DNA of 64,000 nucleotides from Orbicella franksi (Eukaryota): NCBI GenBank assembly GCA_964199315.1, contig OZ116706.1, positions 6,262,001 to 6,326,000 of the forward strand, read 5' to 3'. Shown piece by piece: positions 35,301 to 46,300 of this stretch (position 1 is its first letter; each line of letters starts with the position of its first letter). The notes under the pieces were generated by a model. It saw only the letters and a program-made list of their open reading frames with translations, ran no database searches and was not told where the DNA came from. The position numbers and the translations under genes were made by a program.

Positions 35301-36067
35301 TTGTTTCTGAATGTGCAGTTAAAGAAAGTGAAGGTGCTGTTGGTATCATATTCAGCTAACACTGTAGAATTTACATCGAATGGATCTGTTCCGCCGTGGT
35401 AGGTCAACTCCATGTAAACACCGCCCCCAGCAATAGCTCTGCCCGTGTCCGTGGAACTTGTATTAATCGCCTGATTGCTTTCAAACCGGGAATGCGAAAT
35501 CTGGACATTACCACCTGTGTCATACATGTTCAGCCCAATTCCTGGACTTTGAACTATCCAGCAGTTGTCAATAACAACGTCCTTGCAGTAGACCAAAAAG
35601 ACAGCTGACAGAAACGGAATATGCGGATGCTTAAACTCACTACCAGTCGTGCTAGCATGCAAGCCGCCACAACCACGCAGTAAGATCCTTCTGAGTGTGA
35701 TGTTTCTGCTGTTTTCAAAGGAAAGACTCCCTTGATTTCTCAGGCACTCAATGGAGGCAATTGACTCTTGATCTCCGACCAATTCAAACTCGAACAAGTT
35801 TGTGAGGTTAAAATGTCGGCTTAGATTGAACGGTGATTGACCAGGTCGAAGCTGCACCAGAGTAGAGTTAGTCACATGTTCTAAAGCATAGTCCAATGTT
35901 CTACAAGGACTTGCTGTCCCTGCGCCACTCCAGCACTTATTGCGGTCTATTCCTCCTGTCTCGGAAACCACAATCTTTCTTGTCCACGTCTGCTCCGCGC
36001 AGAGCGATGGAATCAATGTTAAAATGCAAATAACAGGTATAATCGAAGCAAAGTATGGTACAGCCAT
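32366..36067 (-). CDS. Uncharacterised 1233-aa intronless membrane protein, paralogue of 7510-11217
   Basis: Uninterrupted ORF with the same architecture and collinear motifs (PCRTLDYALEHVTNST, PFGRGGGLSIF, AMVIENAVLHF, KRGYWGG, GRWVLYADGNIDFVRDWKTHLP, YRWFAAYYFICRIYIL). Confidence 0.92.
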   Translation of the reverse strand: MAVPYFASIIPVICILTLIPSLCAEQTWTRKIVVSETGGIDRNKCWSGAGTASPCRTLDYALEHVTNSTLVQLRPGQSPFNLSRHFNLTNLFEFELVGDQESIASIECLRNQGSLSFENSRNITLRRILLRGCGGLHASTTGSEFKHPHIPFLSAVFLVYCKDVVIDNCWIVQSPGIGLNMYDTGGNVQISHSRFESNQAINTSSTDTGRAIAGGGVYMELTYHGGTDPFDVNSTVLAEYDTNSTFTFFNCTFRNNSAPRQWYETIVENPSGDDHMPFGRGGGLSIFLKGKAENNVISITGCHFEDNQAVWGAGVFIEFHDQVQNNTFEVKNCTFINNSAHFAGGGIRSGVTAHSDRQLLHPNNMKYEDCKFESNRAIWGGGVSYYETSSSKSSLTGDADKLHIDYEKCHWRNNRATSGSAIGVATGPAVNGLQDFSVRGIKLYVIVLKDCHLCNNSIILTEDEKVIGQGAIYSYSLPIIFKGDVNIEYNDNTAMVIENAVLHFLGNVTFRNNSGNQGGAIGLYGTSVLMLMPHSNLNFFNNTAEDRGGAIYVRDSGPPVIGFNTTELKTRQCFLAYNNSFSLAKVTEWQTKLVFKGNRVLANGGGESVFASTLQGCRQSGRPRINNESLEWPNVIQYQDLNKTTKEQISTDPIFIKFIEKEWMVSPSEVFDATLHLIDEKNSSVLGVVKVTITDEHEKNEAGSVNLGTASHLFLVQGDSSRINNLYLLGSVDRPFKVDIGTVVGRVTHTSSKGKLTLQRCNVGFEQTDSKTCSCISSTVSGISKCSANFKDVFLKRGYWGGTVEDKFSTYPCPTHYCNFSKGDSFFRYDAETMCTVGRNGTSVLCGACKDGYSVNLGNEQCRQSCSNSHLWLAVAFCLVTPLLVLIVFRIDLDIFTTYLNTWLYSYQTILFLLREGQYLDPFISFVIGVANWELRVGGTCLYKGMTNLQKLGVNYIFPSYVLLLLVVLAKIARHRPGCYINRTVSHAFCTLLVLCYTNVTIISFNIVHYVHMQGRWVLYADGNIDFVRDWKTHLPFTIIACLWIVLFVIFVPLLLLFTPWFLRRFPYLNNFRLYFDTFQRCFKVTYRWFAAYYFICRIYILLIALYVPFSPLKRCFLDVSSILIAVMCLYLQPYNEQYQWFNRLDAVLLTNLCLIVNFSSSIVSDATSSVRDGLENIVNLLAYVPLVYLIGLVLYHGWQYCCPRNFLEGYITVEQRARSDSMSETAAQASPI

Positions 36068-36106
36068 GGTAATTTCCTTCTCCTTTGCTAGCTGCGTGTT
36101 CTGGAA

Positions 36107-36172
36107 TTTATAAAATCAGCCGACTTCCACGATTTCACATATTTCTTGACGCAAAACACGGCTTTCCCGGAA
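36107..36172 (-). promoter_or_regulatory. Putative proximal promoter of the 1233-aa gene: TATA box and GAS/STAT-type palindrome
   Basis: TATAAA on the minus strand at 36112-36107 (40 bp upstream of the ATG) and TTCCCGGAA at 36164-36172. Motif match only. Confidence 0.35.
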
Positions 36173-38621
36173 AGGTTTGGAACTACGCCAGCATATTCAG
36201 GTACGTGCAGTCACGCACTTTCCTGTACAAAATCTCATGCGTGACGGTGCGTGCGTGAGTTTAGTGATGAAGCTGCAATGAAAGTTCTTTGAGATTCTTT
36301 TCAATCAGCCATAGTTGAAGCAATGTTCACACTTTTAGCGCAATCTTCAAACTTAAAGGAATGTCAGATGCAGGTCAAATAGTTACCACTTTGTAGGTTT
36401 AGGAATGCTGACAGTTTTTTTTTTTTTTTTCATTTTCGCAGAAATATTTAGTTCAAAGGTTATGTTTTGAAAAATTTTAACACTTGATTGGTCCTAACCA
36501 GTAAAAAAAAAACAATAGAGACCCCCTAAGAGTGCACTCTCTCATTCCAGACTTAAATGGATCAAAACCTTTATTGTTTTGAGGAAACCTCAGTCTGCAT
36601 GCCACGTGATTATTACGGTTCTCCCGCGCCGTGGCATTATATCAGTGACGTCATTCAATTTTCGCGCTAAAAATAAGCGGAAGGGAACGCCTGGGTACTA
36701 TGGGCTATTTAGTTCAGTGCGTAAATTTAAAAGGCAAATTTCTTTTTCCCCTAAGAAGTAAGTTCTTAGCACAACTACAAATTAAAACGAAAAAACTAAC
36801 AATAGATTTTAGAGCTAGAGCTCCTTTCATTTTTTTCACAAACATATAGGCCAAATTTCTTTCTGTCCTCGCCCCACCCCAAAGAAAACGTACAAGATGT
36901 ACACTTCAAGTGACGACGTGAAAGCGAGGCTGTGCATCCAGGCCCCCACAGTAGGCCCCGTCCACCCTACACAGGAGAAATTTTAAACACAACAATCACC
37001 GGTGATTGAGGAAACCTCGGGCGGGGAAATCACATGATTTCACCCTGAAGATGTCATGTCGAAACTGTTTGGTGTTTTACTTTTTTTTTTTTTTAACCAT
37101 TTTTAAACATTTTTAGCCTTGTAAATATTTTGTCATAACATTATAAGCGAAATTATGGAAATATACCAATACTGATGCGGAAAAAATAGTTCCTTGTAAA
37201 TAAAACAGCAGTAGCCCTGAAATACTCAATGCCAAGCCAGAGTGAAAAACATTCCCTATTTCAGCCAAGGACGGTCAAAGTCTATACCCTTTTTCAGACA
37301 AAAACGCTAACAACCGTATCCTTTACAATCGCACTTACCTATATACCCATATAAGTTTGTTTAGCGCTGCATAAAACATATCGTAAGCAAATATAATTGA
37401 TCAATTTCATTTATTGCTTCAGTATCAAAATATACAAATTTCTTTACATTAAATAATCCTCCGACTCACTGTTTCCCAATAAAAAATATTTAATTTGTAT
37501 TGTCAATTAATATAAAATACTCCTACAAAAAAATAAATTTTTCCTAACTAACGGACAGCCGTGAATCGTGCTTTCCTAAATAATTATCGGTGCCCTGTTG
37601 AGCGATGACAGTTGATTGATTTGTAATCAGGACTCCGATACTAACTTATTTTCAGTCCCAGCCTGAAATCATGTGGGATGGATAATCATCAGCCTTGCTT
37701 GGCTATAGCTTAATTTGAAATGAAAACTAACGAAAAAAGAGTTGACCGCACGGTGTGAATACAACCGTTTTCCCTCATTCCAGGCGTACAGTCTACCTTG
37801 TTCCTATGCCCAGGTCCTCCCGTTGAGTGAGGTCTAGGGCCTCTGCGGTAACCTCGCTCCCAGGACACCCTGGGAGCGAGGTTACCGTAAAAGTCAGTAT
37901 TTCATCAGTTTTCTTTACTATTCTACAATTTGCTGGCTAGATCCACCAGGATACGGTGCCTTTTGCGTTGACCGTTGGCCCTTGCAGAAATGTGCAAGAG
38001 CTGTAGCAATATTGGATACCAGGTCCCCTCCGTCAGTGTCATGAAATAAATAAAACCCATCCCCTTTCAATAGAAAGTATCTACGAAGGATGTATACAGT
38101 AAGCGGTGGTATTAGTTTATCTTTTTCTGCCCGGCGGATCTACCAGTAAAACTGTCTAGATTAACAGTAATGAGAAAACGTGACATTTGAAAAAAATGCC
38201 CTGGACTTCAATCAGTGCAATACGGTACTACAAATCCTGGGTCAAAAGGACTAGCAATAGAAGTTACAAAGACAATTGTAACTATTGATTACTTAAATGT
38301 TTGTTTTTATAGATCTTCCAGCCTTCAACTACTATCTTATACCAGGGGAAGGCCCGAAAAAACCCGCACCATGGTCCGTAAATCTCAATGTTTGTTCACT
38401 TAGCCTGTCTCATCTCAAAATAACTTCGATGTATTTAGTTATCTTTAAATCCAATCCCTTGCTGCTCCACAAAGTGCCCTTGGAAAAGGCGATTTTGAAA
38501 TGCTTGAGGTATGATCACATTTAACCAATCCAACCCATTAATGATTGTACGCTGGCCGATTTGGTTTCTGGATATGTTTATAAAAACAAAGCTATCGTTT
38601 CGCATTGCAAAAAGGAATTGC

Positions 38622-41148
38622 CTATTTCTTTCGTGGCCTGCCGAGCTCACTCTTCTTCATGATGTTATTGCCGGCCTGATTTTCACTGCCATCATCATTA
38701 CTAAACACAGCGTGAGGCTCGTGTTCTTCGGTGGTGATGTGAAAAAACCCCTTGGTATTATCCCTAGACTGAGCCTCGTAGGGAGACATCATGGCAAAAC
38801 GGTCGAGCTCCGCATCCCCTATGGGACCCCCCATGTCAAAATTGTTACCCAAGCCCATTGCCCCGCCCATATTCTCCGTGGGAGCTCCCATCCCATTTGA
38901 CATCCCATATTGATCATTCATATGCAATGGACCTCCCATGCCACCTCCGGCCATGCCCATCCCGTAGTCCCCTCCACCGGGCATCCCAGCCCCCATCATC
39001 CCTCCCCCAGTCATCATCCCTCCCCCGGTAGCAATGCCTGGATCCATGGGGGCAACTTCTGTCGGGGATCCGGGTTCTGGTTTAGAATCTTCCGCCGGGT
39101 TCGGTTCATCACTGTCTAGTTGCTCCGTGTCCATGGAGTTGTTAGCCATAGCTGATTTCTTCAACGCAAAGTTCAGCTCCTTTGCTTCCCCGTCGGTGAC
39201 CGTCACCTCTTTTGTGACGGGCTCGTATCCTTGTGCCTGGGCAGTGACTTTGTAGCCCCCTGGGAGAAGGAGACGCCAATAGTCTCCGTCCTTGGCGGTT
39301 ATGATGTCTTTTTTGCGACTGTCAACAGAGATGCGTGCACCAGCTATTGGAGTGCCTTCAATGTCCTTTACAAAACCCTTTACGCCTTTATGCACCTGGG
39401 ACAACAAACAAGCAAAATACTCTATTAATAAAGGACTTCAGTGACGTAAGATATCACTAAGAGAAGCAAGCTCTGGCCAAGAGTCTTCGCTCCTCTCTAC
39501 CACTAGTCGGGAACCGAGCTACTCTTGGACCGACCCTAAAAAGCATCCTCAATCGAGCTCGTTAGTGTTTTACTTCGGTCATTTTTGTTGCTTTTAAAAC
39601 CAATAAAAAATCAGGCTTGTGCACTAAGGAACGATCCAAGACTCAAGGTAGGAGATTGTAAGAAAAACAACAATAAGTTGAGCCTGTATTTGTCAGATTT
39701 GAGTCATAGGTAATATAATCCTATTCAATTTTACTTAGTGCGTCATTTTGATGGATTATTCCTTTTTCGGGCTTTCTTTTCGTTTTGAAAAACGTTTCGA
39801 GACACCAACATGACAAGAACCGATAAAGTAGGATCGCAACAGTGGACAGCTGTTTCGCCCTTCTTGGGGCTCGTCAGCACTGTGTAGCGCAGATATGTAA
39901 CGCCAGCACAACAGCCAACGCACATAAATTGCAAAATGACCCGTTCACTCATACATTTTTTTGGCTGATGAGATCTCCTGTAGATCCTACGTTGGCAGCG
40001 TTTATCGTATGCAGGGGTCCCTTGCAGTTACTGGGTTTTCTTTTTTAACGATTAGTTTGCGGTTTCTTTCCATTTTAAGGTTATTTTCTTTTTTCATGCA
40101 AAAAAAAAAAAAAAAATAATAATAATAATAAATAACTTGCAAAATCAAAACATACCTGATCTAAGAAAGCAATCAGCGCTTTTTTGTTTTCTTCCCAGTC
40201 TTTGGGCAATTCACTGGCTTCTGGGAACTTCTTACAACCTTGTTCTATAGTGATCTCAAAGCAGTTGGAGTTCATGTAGTTGTAATCCTGCATACCCCCT
40301 GACACACTGTACCAAGCTGCACCATTTGTAACACCGTCTTCAAAATGATCCGGGGGGACTTCGGGGCAAGGCCAGGGAGGGTTTTTCAAATGCATGGTGG
40401 GATGTGCCATGGAGTAGCTTTTGGCCAGCTCTTTGAAGACATCGTCATCCGGGGATTTGCTGTATTCGCTCTGTCCTGTGGGGCTGTCATCAAATGGGTA
40501 ATTTGCCACCAAGGAACCACCGTGAAGGTTAGCGCTTAGCACGAACGGGTAGTTCTCGATCCACTTCATAACAGCTATAGTCTCGGGCTGAGGAGGTCCT
40601 GTTACGCTCTTGAAAAACTGATCGGGAAAATTGCGGTTGAGGTCGACATTGTTGGCGTTGCTCCGCCCTATGATCCAATCTTTGCGATTGTTTCCTTCCG
40701 CTGCCAGTTCGTACCCGTCAGGGTTCATGCTGGGCATCAAGTGAATGCGGGTATTGTCCACGATCTTGGTCAGGTTTGTATCTCGACCGTAATTCTCACA
40801 GAACGCTTTGGCAAGATGCAGGAGTAGTTCTCGACCGACGACTTCATTACCGTGCATGTTAGCAATGTACTTGAATTCCGGTTCGCCTGGCTCGTGTTTT
40901 CCCGGGTTGTCCGAGATTTCTATCACCCATAACTTTCGGCCCTGAACTGATTTCCCAATGCTGTACAGACGGGTGATTTTCGGGTATTGTCTGTGAAGAT
41001 TTTGAAGATACCCGGTCATCTGTTCGAAGTTATGGTGCGTCCAATCCTCGTCGCCTAAAGCACGTGTATTTGCGCTTGGGCGCGAGAAAACAAGAGCCAC
41101 CCGTAAGCAGACAAAAAATGCCACCAGACAAGGCAATAATCGTTCCAT
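38622..41148 (-). CDS. Secreted M14B metallocarboxypeptidase (CPD/CPE/CPN-like), 588 aa, with Gly/Met-rich C-terminal tail
   Basis: Exon 1 41148-40156 (signal peptide [12 protein letters not shown]..., HGNE, DLNRNFP, SANLHGG, CFEITIE; donor CAG|gtatgt). Exon 2 39395-38622 (acceptor cccag|, phase 0; transthyretin-like VHKGVKGFV...[11 protein letters not shown] domain, then the low-complexity tail). Confidence 0.93.
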
Positions 41149-41605
41149 TGTCCAAAAACACTGCACGCCAGAACTTGCTGCGAAGGCAACTTTTCTACTT
41201 CTCGCTCAAAACTTCCAGTGATATCTAAACCGTGCCAAAGTTGGAGTTTCTAATCAACGGCCCACCCTCCATCCATCACGTCATGTTTCGAGCTTTTCTT
41301 TTTTCGCCTCAGTCCTGCTGATAACGAGCTAAAAAGCGAAACTGATCAGGGAAACTCGAACTCCGATTGGCCGACAGTGTTCAGCTGTCACGAACTAATT
41401 GAGTTAAGTCACAGGTGCCCTTGACTTGGCTCTCATGAAGTGACTAAACCTGATTGAGTATTCAGACCAAAATAAACAGGTCTCTGGATTTAGCTGTGAC
41501 TACAAACATTACTCTGTACCCTCTTGAGTCAATTCAGCTTATTGGCTTCCTTTCGACAAGAGAAAATTGACTCACCCCGAAAACCTCCTGCTCAACGAAA
41601 GTGCA

Positions 41606-41911
41606 AGGCCCCATCCACACTACGCCCGAGAAAGTTAAAAACGCAGCTTTGTTTCCACGGTAAGACATACCGTGCACATTAATCCGTCACCAAAACGGAG
41701 CTTTTCGAAAACGCTCTTTAAGCCGGAGGAATTTGAAAACGCCGGCTTTGCGTTTGAGGGTGGACGAAAACATTTTGAAAACGAAGCTTTTCGAAAACGG
41801 TGGCGTCACGATCATCGTGTTATTTCCCCGCACGAGTTTTACTCAAACTCAAATCCAAAATGACCGGTGATTGTTGCGTTTTCACATTTCTCCGGCAGTG
41901 TGGACCGGGCC
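41606..41911. mobile_element. Harbinger-like MITE
   Basis: aggccccatccacactacgcccgagaaa ... tttctccggcagtgtggaccgggcc inverted termini. A fragment of the same family lies at ~36953-37010. Confidence 0.7.
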
Positions 41912-43368
41912 AAAGAAGTTTTCGAGGAAAACCACTGCAGCCATGATGGAAGCGTTATTATGAATAATCTGATCTCCCCGTAAAATACAAGAAAAAACAC
42001 ATTCGAAAGTTTGACTATATTTGATTGAAAACGCGTATGTCGCAAAATCCTTGCGAGAGAAATGATTTAGGGTGCATGTTAAAAAATAATTCTTATTTCA
42101 CAATGCCTTTCCTCCTGTTTGGACTTTCGTGAGAATTTTCAGTTTAAATAGACCAAAAATCAGAAACGACAGCAGAATGGTACAAGAATCTTTGCCACGC
42201 AGTTTCTTGACTTCACGTAGTAAACATATTAAACGTAGACAAGCTGGAAATCAAAGCATTAACTTCGCAGTAATTTTGAGCGGTCGAAATAACCCGTCAA
42301 TTGATATTCAAGAGTAAACTCGCCGATTTCCAGCTTGTAGTATATTAGTGCTTCGCAGCTCAGCATTTCTCGTTTACAATAGTTTCTTAATAAAATTCAG
42401 AAACCTTCAAAAGGAAAAAATATTTCTGTCTAATGAAAACACAAACAGCTGAATTAAAACAGCACAAACAACAGGTAATGAGACGTTTAATGGCTCCGAA
42501 TGTACTTCTACAATAATTTATCTTTGAATATATGAACGATATGTCTGCGACAAACCGGTTGATATAAATAAGTTTACTTAGGCTGGCATGCTCGACTGTC
42601 ACTGAACTATATAAACCTTATATACAACAAAGAACAGAACATACCAACAACAGTTATAACAATAAAAGAACTATGTACAACGATAAAACGATTTCACGAC
42701 AAAAAAAAATTTTTGGCGGCGTCTCAAGCTATGTTTTGCGAGTCTCGGGACAAATGCCCGTCAACGAATGAAGTGAGATTATAAAAACCATGCAATTTTC
42801 CGAGTTACCACTTATAAAATTACTCGAACGTGAAGTGAGGGGACAGTTTGTCACTTATAACTTGCCTTGAAGGCGTAACTGAACGCTTAATAAAAAAGCT
42901 ACTTTTTACAAACACGAAATGCCAAATGAATCATAGATAATATAAAATTCTGTTAACTTCTCTTTGAGATACTTCAGAGCCTGAAGTACACTGAAATAGG
43001 TCTTCAATAAGGTCTTTCTCATTCTGAAACTACAATTACACGCGTACCCTGATTAGCTCAAAGCTATTGACCCCAAACCGAGCGAAACGTGATTTTCAAC
43101 TGGCATGTTTCTTTTTTAACCAGGACACGCGACAGAACTAAAAATGTTTTTTAAATAACGTCTAGTTCTTCCGACCCCTCATTTGAGCAATCAAAAGTAT
43201 CAATCAAACGGACGGAAAATGATCTCGGCTTGTAGCTCAAAAATTAACTACAGGCTTTAAGCCAATCACAGCACAAGAACTATCAAGGCTACGGAAATGT
43301 AGGTAAGTAGCTGAGACGACGCCGCACGTGCAGTTTCTGCACATGAATTTCTCCTCTTGGAGCGTGTG

Positions 43369-46300
43369 TTATAAAGGCGTTTCTTCCAGTTTGTTCAAAT
43401 CCGGCACTCGACCTCCCGACTTGCTAAAATGTTCTTTAGACGGTGTCAGCGGTTTCAGTCCCGTAAAAGGAGTACCTAACTTCATGTCTCGGTCATCATT
43501 TGTCGCCTCGTTTTCAGAAGGAGGCCGCGACGCTTTCCTTGGCAATGGTGCTAAAAGTTCGGTACACGGGCTGACAGGCCGGTCGGGAAATGAGAAATTA
43601 CCCGGTTCTGATAATGTTTGTTTGTGCAAGGCCGATTGTCCCATCCATGGAGAGAGAGAACCCAGGGTTTGGGACTCGGGGCTTTCACGCTTGGCCGGCG
43701 GTTTGCGTGTGGGGTACGTGTTGTGTGACAAATGAGCCAGGTTTTTGTGCTGGAGAGGCTGAAGACGAACTTCTCCGAGAGGTTTGTGTGAGGAGGTGAT
43801 GGTTAGCGGTCCAAGATGAGACACGCCCTGTTGAAAAGGGGATAGGTTAGTCTGGTCCAATCCAATAAATCGCCGGAACCTGAAGGGTTATCAGTGTCCG
43901 GTCTCTGTAGCGTGAAGCAACTACGAGTGTTCCTTACCCCCTGGCTGCATGCTAGTTCATCGCAGGGTTACCACACCTTTCTATTAAGTTGCTATAATAG
44001 CTCACTGGTACCATTTACACAACAGCTACGAAGCTTATCAAATATACTTTGACAATGTACGTTCCCAATGACTAAGTCTGGTGCAGTGACATGTCAGGAT
44101 TTTAATCTATTAATTCCAAACCAATATCACAAGGTTGGTTGGATAAAACTCAGCATTGTAGGCGGAGCAATGACTCGGCCCACGAGTAGATAGTCTGTCT
44201 ACGAGCCAACTGGCCCATCAGGCTGGCGCTTTTCTCCGGTTTCTGTAGCATGAAATGACTACGAATATGTCTACTCCTCCCTAGAGGGAATGCTAGTCCA
44301 TCACAGGGTTACCCCTAGCATTAACTTTGCCGATACCCATTTATACACCTGGGGGGAGAGAGGCTCTGCGAGAGTAAAGTGTCTTGCCCAAGAACACAAC
44401 ACAATGTCCCGGCCAGGGCTCGAACCCGGACCGCTCGCTCCGGGGACGAGCGTACCAACCATGAGGCCACCACGCATGAGCAGAAAGTGAAATTACGGTC
44501 ATCTCGCTTCATGGTTAGATCGCTCCAAGCAAAAGTTAGATCGCTCCAGCACAGGGCGAGTTCGCTTCCTCAGCTAACCGAGTTTGGCTTGGCAGTGGAT
44601 GAAAGAACGAGGAATAATCTATATGCGCGTTGGAGCGAACTGCCTTAAAGCGATCTAACCATGGAGCGATCTGACCGGATACCAGACAAGATGTACTTAT
44701 AAACATACCTTGTCAGCGGATTGCAGTTTTCCTAGTGGTTTATGAGGACGCATGTCAAAAGACTGCAAAGAAAACATAGACATTTATTTCACTGAAAACT
44801 TAAAATAAAACACAATATTTAACATTCTTTCATTTTTCATTTTACCTGTACCTCAGCGTTTCTGCTCCAATCTCCCATTTTGCTTAGCTCGCTAAAGAGA
44901 AAAAACCACAGTTGTTTTTAGGTCAAAACACCGAAAGCCTCCGACCATGACAGGGAAATTATTTTTATTGCGTTCTGCTAGGGAAATATTTGATTCTCAG
45001 AGTTAAGATAAACAGCAGCCCTTATGGTTTACATCAAACTAGCTCGGTTGGGAAGGAGCGCGGGCTCATTTTGCCAAACAGTAATCAAGCCTATTATATC
45101 ATCTCCTCGGTTTTAATTTTAAAGGCGTCCAAACCAAATTGCTCATCAAGTCTTCTTACCCTTGGGAATCGAGGTGATGAAATTGTTTAGACTGAGCAGG
45201 TAAGCTTGCCACCTAAAAAAAAATTAAAATTAAAGTAGTCTTGAGTAAAAAAATAAAATAACCAAGAGAAGGCTAATAGCAGGAAAATAGAAAATTACTC
45301 GCTATAATTCATTTCAGTTTCATTTCATCGGATAACACAACCAGTACGGTAAAGACATTCCTCATTTTACTTATAACGCCCGATAATGTCACCCAAAGAC
45401 CAATACATCAGGCTATACTCAAGTGCACTGGAAAGGAACCTCTGACTGACCTGTTGTAGCTTTTTCTTTTTTTTCTTCTTGTCTTTTTTGTCTTGTCCCA
45501 TAACGTTCCTTGGTTGGTTTTCTTCGCCGCCAAACTCTTGTCTCCTGCATGAGCGAAAAGCAAAAACATCGACATGTCCACTTTCTCCGGAGACCAGCTC
45601 CAGCGGTAGGCTTATGGGTATTCAGTCGATTAGCCCCTAACCGTTTCGACCCCAACCAGAAGTTGAATACACTGTCTCTTCCTCGTTCTTTAAGCGTGAA
45701 TGGGGGCTAATCGACTTCTGGTTGGGGGTTAACCGGCTAGGGGCTATTGAAATCGGGAGCTAAACGAATTACATATGGCTAAATGGAATTTAACATAGTT
45801 AACGACTAGGAGCTAGTCTGGTCAGTAGCGCTTTTATAGGCGGTTGATAGTGTCTTGGCTGTCTGTTAGCGTCTGTTTAGCGTTTGGTGCGTTCTGTAGC
45901 GTTTGATATAGTTCGATGAAATTTTACATAGTTTATGACCGGGAGCTAGTCTGGTCAGTAGCGTTTTTTGTAGGCGTTTGATTATGGCTTGACCATCTGT
46001 TAGCGTTTGTTAAGCGTTTGGTGCGTGCTGTAGCGTTTGCAGCAGTCACGTGGTCGAGAGAGCCCTGGGGCTGACATTGTCCAGCGGTATTTTTGGTTAG
46101 TACATGTGTTGTCGTCCCATGTACTCGCAGTGTGTTCATCGCTCTGTTAGTGTGGCGTTGTGGATTGAATTATAGTTTAGCGGTTCTTGGCGTTCCCTCC
46201 CTATCCCCGCCCCCACTCTTTTCAGCATTTTTTTTTTCTTTCCACTGAGCCATCTGGCTTGAGTGTAACGGGTGTCTGTAGGGAGCTTGGCGCGGGGGAC

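Noticed and set aside
40081-40155. C-terminal extension [24 protein letters not shown] as a TM anchor of the carboxypeptidase
   Set aside because: Intron read-through of a T-rich microsatellite after the CAG|gtatgt donor; the domain continues in exon 2.
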